DNA of 64,000 bases from the NCBI GenBank assembly GCA_001662655.1, contig KV460231.1; one strand, 5' to 3'. This document shows positions 61,571-64,000 of this stretch, piece by piece (within the stretch, counting starts at the first letter, position 1; each line of letters starts with the position of its first letter). Source of the stretch: Pseudogymnoascus verrucosus (taxonomy: Eukaryota). The notes under the pieces are model-generated. The model searched no databases. It worked only from the letters and a program-made list of their open reading frames with translations, and was not told the DNA's origin. A program made the translations under genes and the position numbers.

Positions 61571-63407
61571 CTACCCCCTCCTCGTCAACCGCATAACCAC
61601 CCCCGTCTGCCGGACCTGCATCCTGCACGTGGTATCCCACTCCTCTTTCTCCGACGCCCACTCCATATCAAAATTCCGCACAATCTGCCCGACTGTCTTC
61701 GTGAGAACCATCATTGCAACATGTTTACCTGCACAAGTTAGAAAAATCCCCATAGCCCTCAAAAACTTACCTATGCAACTTCTATTCCCCAACCCAAACT
61801 ACACACTGTCAGCGCTAAACCCCACAAAGAGTGAACTACTCACGGCAAGCATATTCTTATCCATCCTCCTCACCTGCATCTCATCGACCTCAATCCATCG
61901 CTCCGGGCGAAAGAAGTCGGCATCCGCTCCAAACACGGCCTTATCGCGCTGTGTGACCCAACCCGTAATTCCAATATCCGTGCCTTCGGGAATGAACTGG
62001 CCGTTGAGAACGGCGCCGCCCTTGGGCACGACGCGATCAAATGGGCTGCCGACAGTAGGGTGCATCCGCATCGCTTCTTTGATACAGGCTTGTCTGCAGA
62101 AGTCAGTCGCGTCAACCAACCCGAAAGGGGACGTACAGGTAAGGGAGCTTCTGCCCCTCTTGAAATGACAGAACGTCCGATAGGAGACCCTTCGCATCCG
62201 CATCCTGAAGCTCCTGTACGAGCGTTACGTATGTGCGTGGAGTCTTGACAAGGTAGTAGAAGATGGCGCGGAGGGCAGTGGAATTGGTATCAACGGCTCC
62301 AATACTACAAAGTTAGCGCACACTGGTATAATGGCGAACCACTCACAAGAAGATTAGAATATTGTTCATAATTTCCCTCTCGTCCATGATCGTGCTGTCC
62401 TTGAGTTGCTTCTGACGCAGGTACTCAAGGAGGTCGCCGCGCATGTTCGTCGGCTTTTCAAGGTCGTACTTCTTCATTGCAGCATACGCAGTCTGTTCCG
62501 TTAGCAAACGATACACCCCTCGAAGGCATGCATACCTGTTGAATCATGTTGATCGGGTTCTTCTCCCAGATCCTATCGAGAATTCCGACGAGGGTTGGAT
62601 TGCCGAATAGATATTTATGGGCTGCAGGGAACTGTCCAACTATAGCTCCATAGGTCATGGTAGCCCATCCCGCCCCGATCGCGCCGTTGATATCCCGAGC
62701 TTGGTCCATGAAACCGAACATCTCTTGGAATGAGAGGAGACCAGTCAAGTCGAACGAAAACCTAAACGTATCAGTATTAACTCAATAGGAAACCAACGTA
62801 CTGACCAGCTCAACCATTCTCCAAAGTCAATTGCGGTCCCTGCGCGTTTGTCCATGTGGGCAACGAAGAGGGGGATACATTTATCAAACAGCGGCTCCAG
62901 CTGAAGCATGGATGACAACGAGTACTTGGCCGCGACTGACGACCTCATGATCTTGTGTTGGGCGGCATCACGGCTTGTGAATATATTCTCCATCGACTGC
63001 CCGTCGATTGTGAACGTGAAGCCAGTAATATAACTCGACTGCATCTTGTTAGGTCTCGTCGTTGCAATAGAGTTGGAGCATACCTTCTGATACAAACTCC
63101 CTTGAAGGTAGACTTCAGGAATCATCGCCGCATCTCCGATGGAGACAGCATTGGGTCCAGTCCGGATGATAGGTCCATACTTGTCGTGGAGCTTCTGGTA
63201 TTCGATATGCGAGTCTCCCTTCAGGCTTATATACACCTTGTACAGGCGTGTGAAGCGGGCCAGGAAGGGGCCGGGGAGTTGACGCAGGTGAGGACGGAAA
63301 TATGAGAATAGGCAGCTAACAGAATAGCAAACGGTAATAAAAACGAAGATAACGATATAGAGTTGGGCCGCCCTGAGGCCTATGATCTCCTGGACCGTAG
63401 ACAGCAT
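61571..63407 (-). CDS. Cytochrome P450 monooxygenase (pisatin-demethylase-like), multi-exon
   Basis: N-terminal TM; LPGP; LHDKYGPIIRTGPN; I-helix GAVDT; EAMRMHP (ExxR); FRPERW; heme motif FGLGNRSCIG split by an intron. Confidence 0.92.
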
Positions 63408-64000
63408 GTTGAAATGTATGAAAGTAATGATATAAATTCAGCTGGATAAACAAATAGTACAGTATAGACCTGATTCTAATGTAAAGCCCGACACACCACC
63501 CTTTATATATTCAGCTGAAAACGAGGGGCAGACTCCAACGAGTGAAGGGGCAAACCAATTGTCATCTTTTGTCTTATCCGGCAAAAGGCAATATACCATA
63601 GTTCCAGCTCTGAAGGACGGTGTGATATTCAGCCAGGACTCACTTCATCCCATCAAGCCCAGCAGCAAAACCCAAGTTCGTCATTGGCTACCAGTCGCCA
63701 CTTCAGTCCGTTCAATAAAATACACGTCGTCACACACAAACATCCTCATCTCGCCCAGTCTGCCATCAAACAGATCCAATAACATCTCCTCCCATCCTCT
63801 CAACTTCAGAGACACGTCACACAGCACCTATCTGGGCGACCCGTCGTGGCATATGCGCCGTGCACTGCACCATCCCCCGCCTGGGAATCCGGACAACAGA
63901 AGAAAGAAAAGCACCTGTAACTCTCCAACCGCATTGTAGCATCGTAACTAGGAAACAACCTTCTTCCCCTCCCGGCAATCCATAACGTCTCATCCAGAAC

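Noticed and set aside
61571..63407. P450 as a tailoring enzyme for the PKS
   Set aside because: It is 37 kb away with unrelated genes between, and still >13 kb away if the Starship is removed. No evidence of linkage.
63948..64000. Possible 3' end of a minus-strand gene (FWMRRYGLPEGKKVVS*)
   Set aside because: Only ~17 codons are visible at the window edge, too little to support a call.

Overview
Left end of a filamentous ascomycete chromosome, starting in (CCCTAA)n telomere repeats. It is a subtelomeric accessory region with a patchy RIP signature (many CAG/TGG->TAG and CAA->TAA stops). From left to right: (1) a RIP-decayed ORF cut off by the telomere; (2) two adjacent transposase-less elements (3446-7301 and 8151-14179), each bounded by ~450-480 bp terminal inverted repeats of one family. 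One carries a NACHT-ankyrin NLR-like pseudogene. The other carries a chimera of the same NLR 5' end fused to an unrelated WxCxCG/2-TM domain. (3) An apparently intact, stand-alone highly reducing PKS with a C-terminal reductase (KS-AT-DH-cMT-ER-KR-ACP-R). (4) A ~23 kb RIP-degraded Starship-like element: DUF3435 tyrosine-recombinase captain on the minus strand, with patatin, DUF3723, kinase-like, MADS-box, paired secreted-protein and ankyrin cargo. (5) An amino acid permease, a DUF3505/PTH11-like fusion relic, a T5orf172-domain gene and a cytochrome P450. All domain calls come from motifs recognised by eye, not from database searches.
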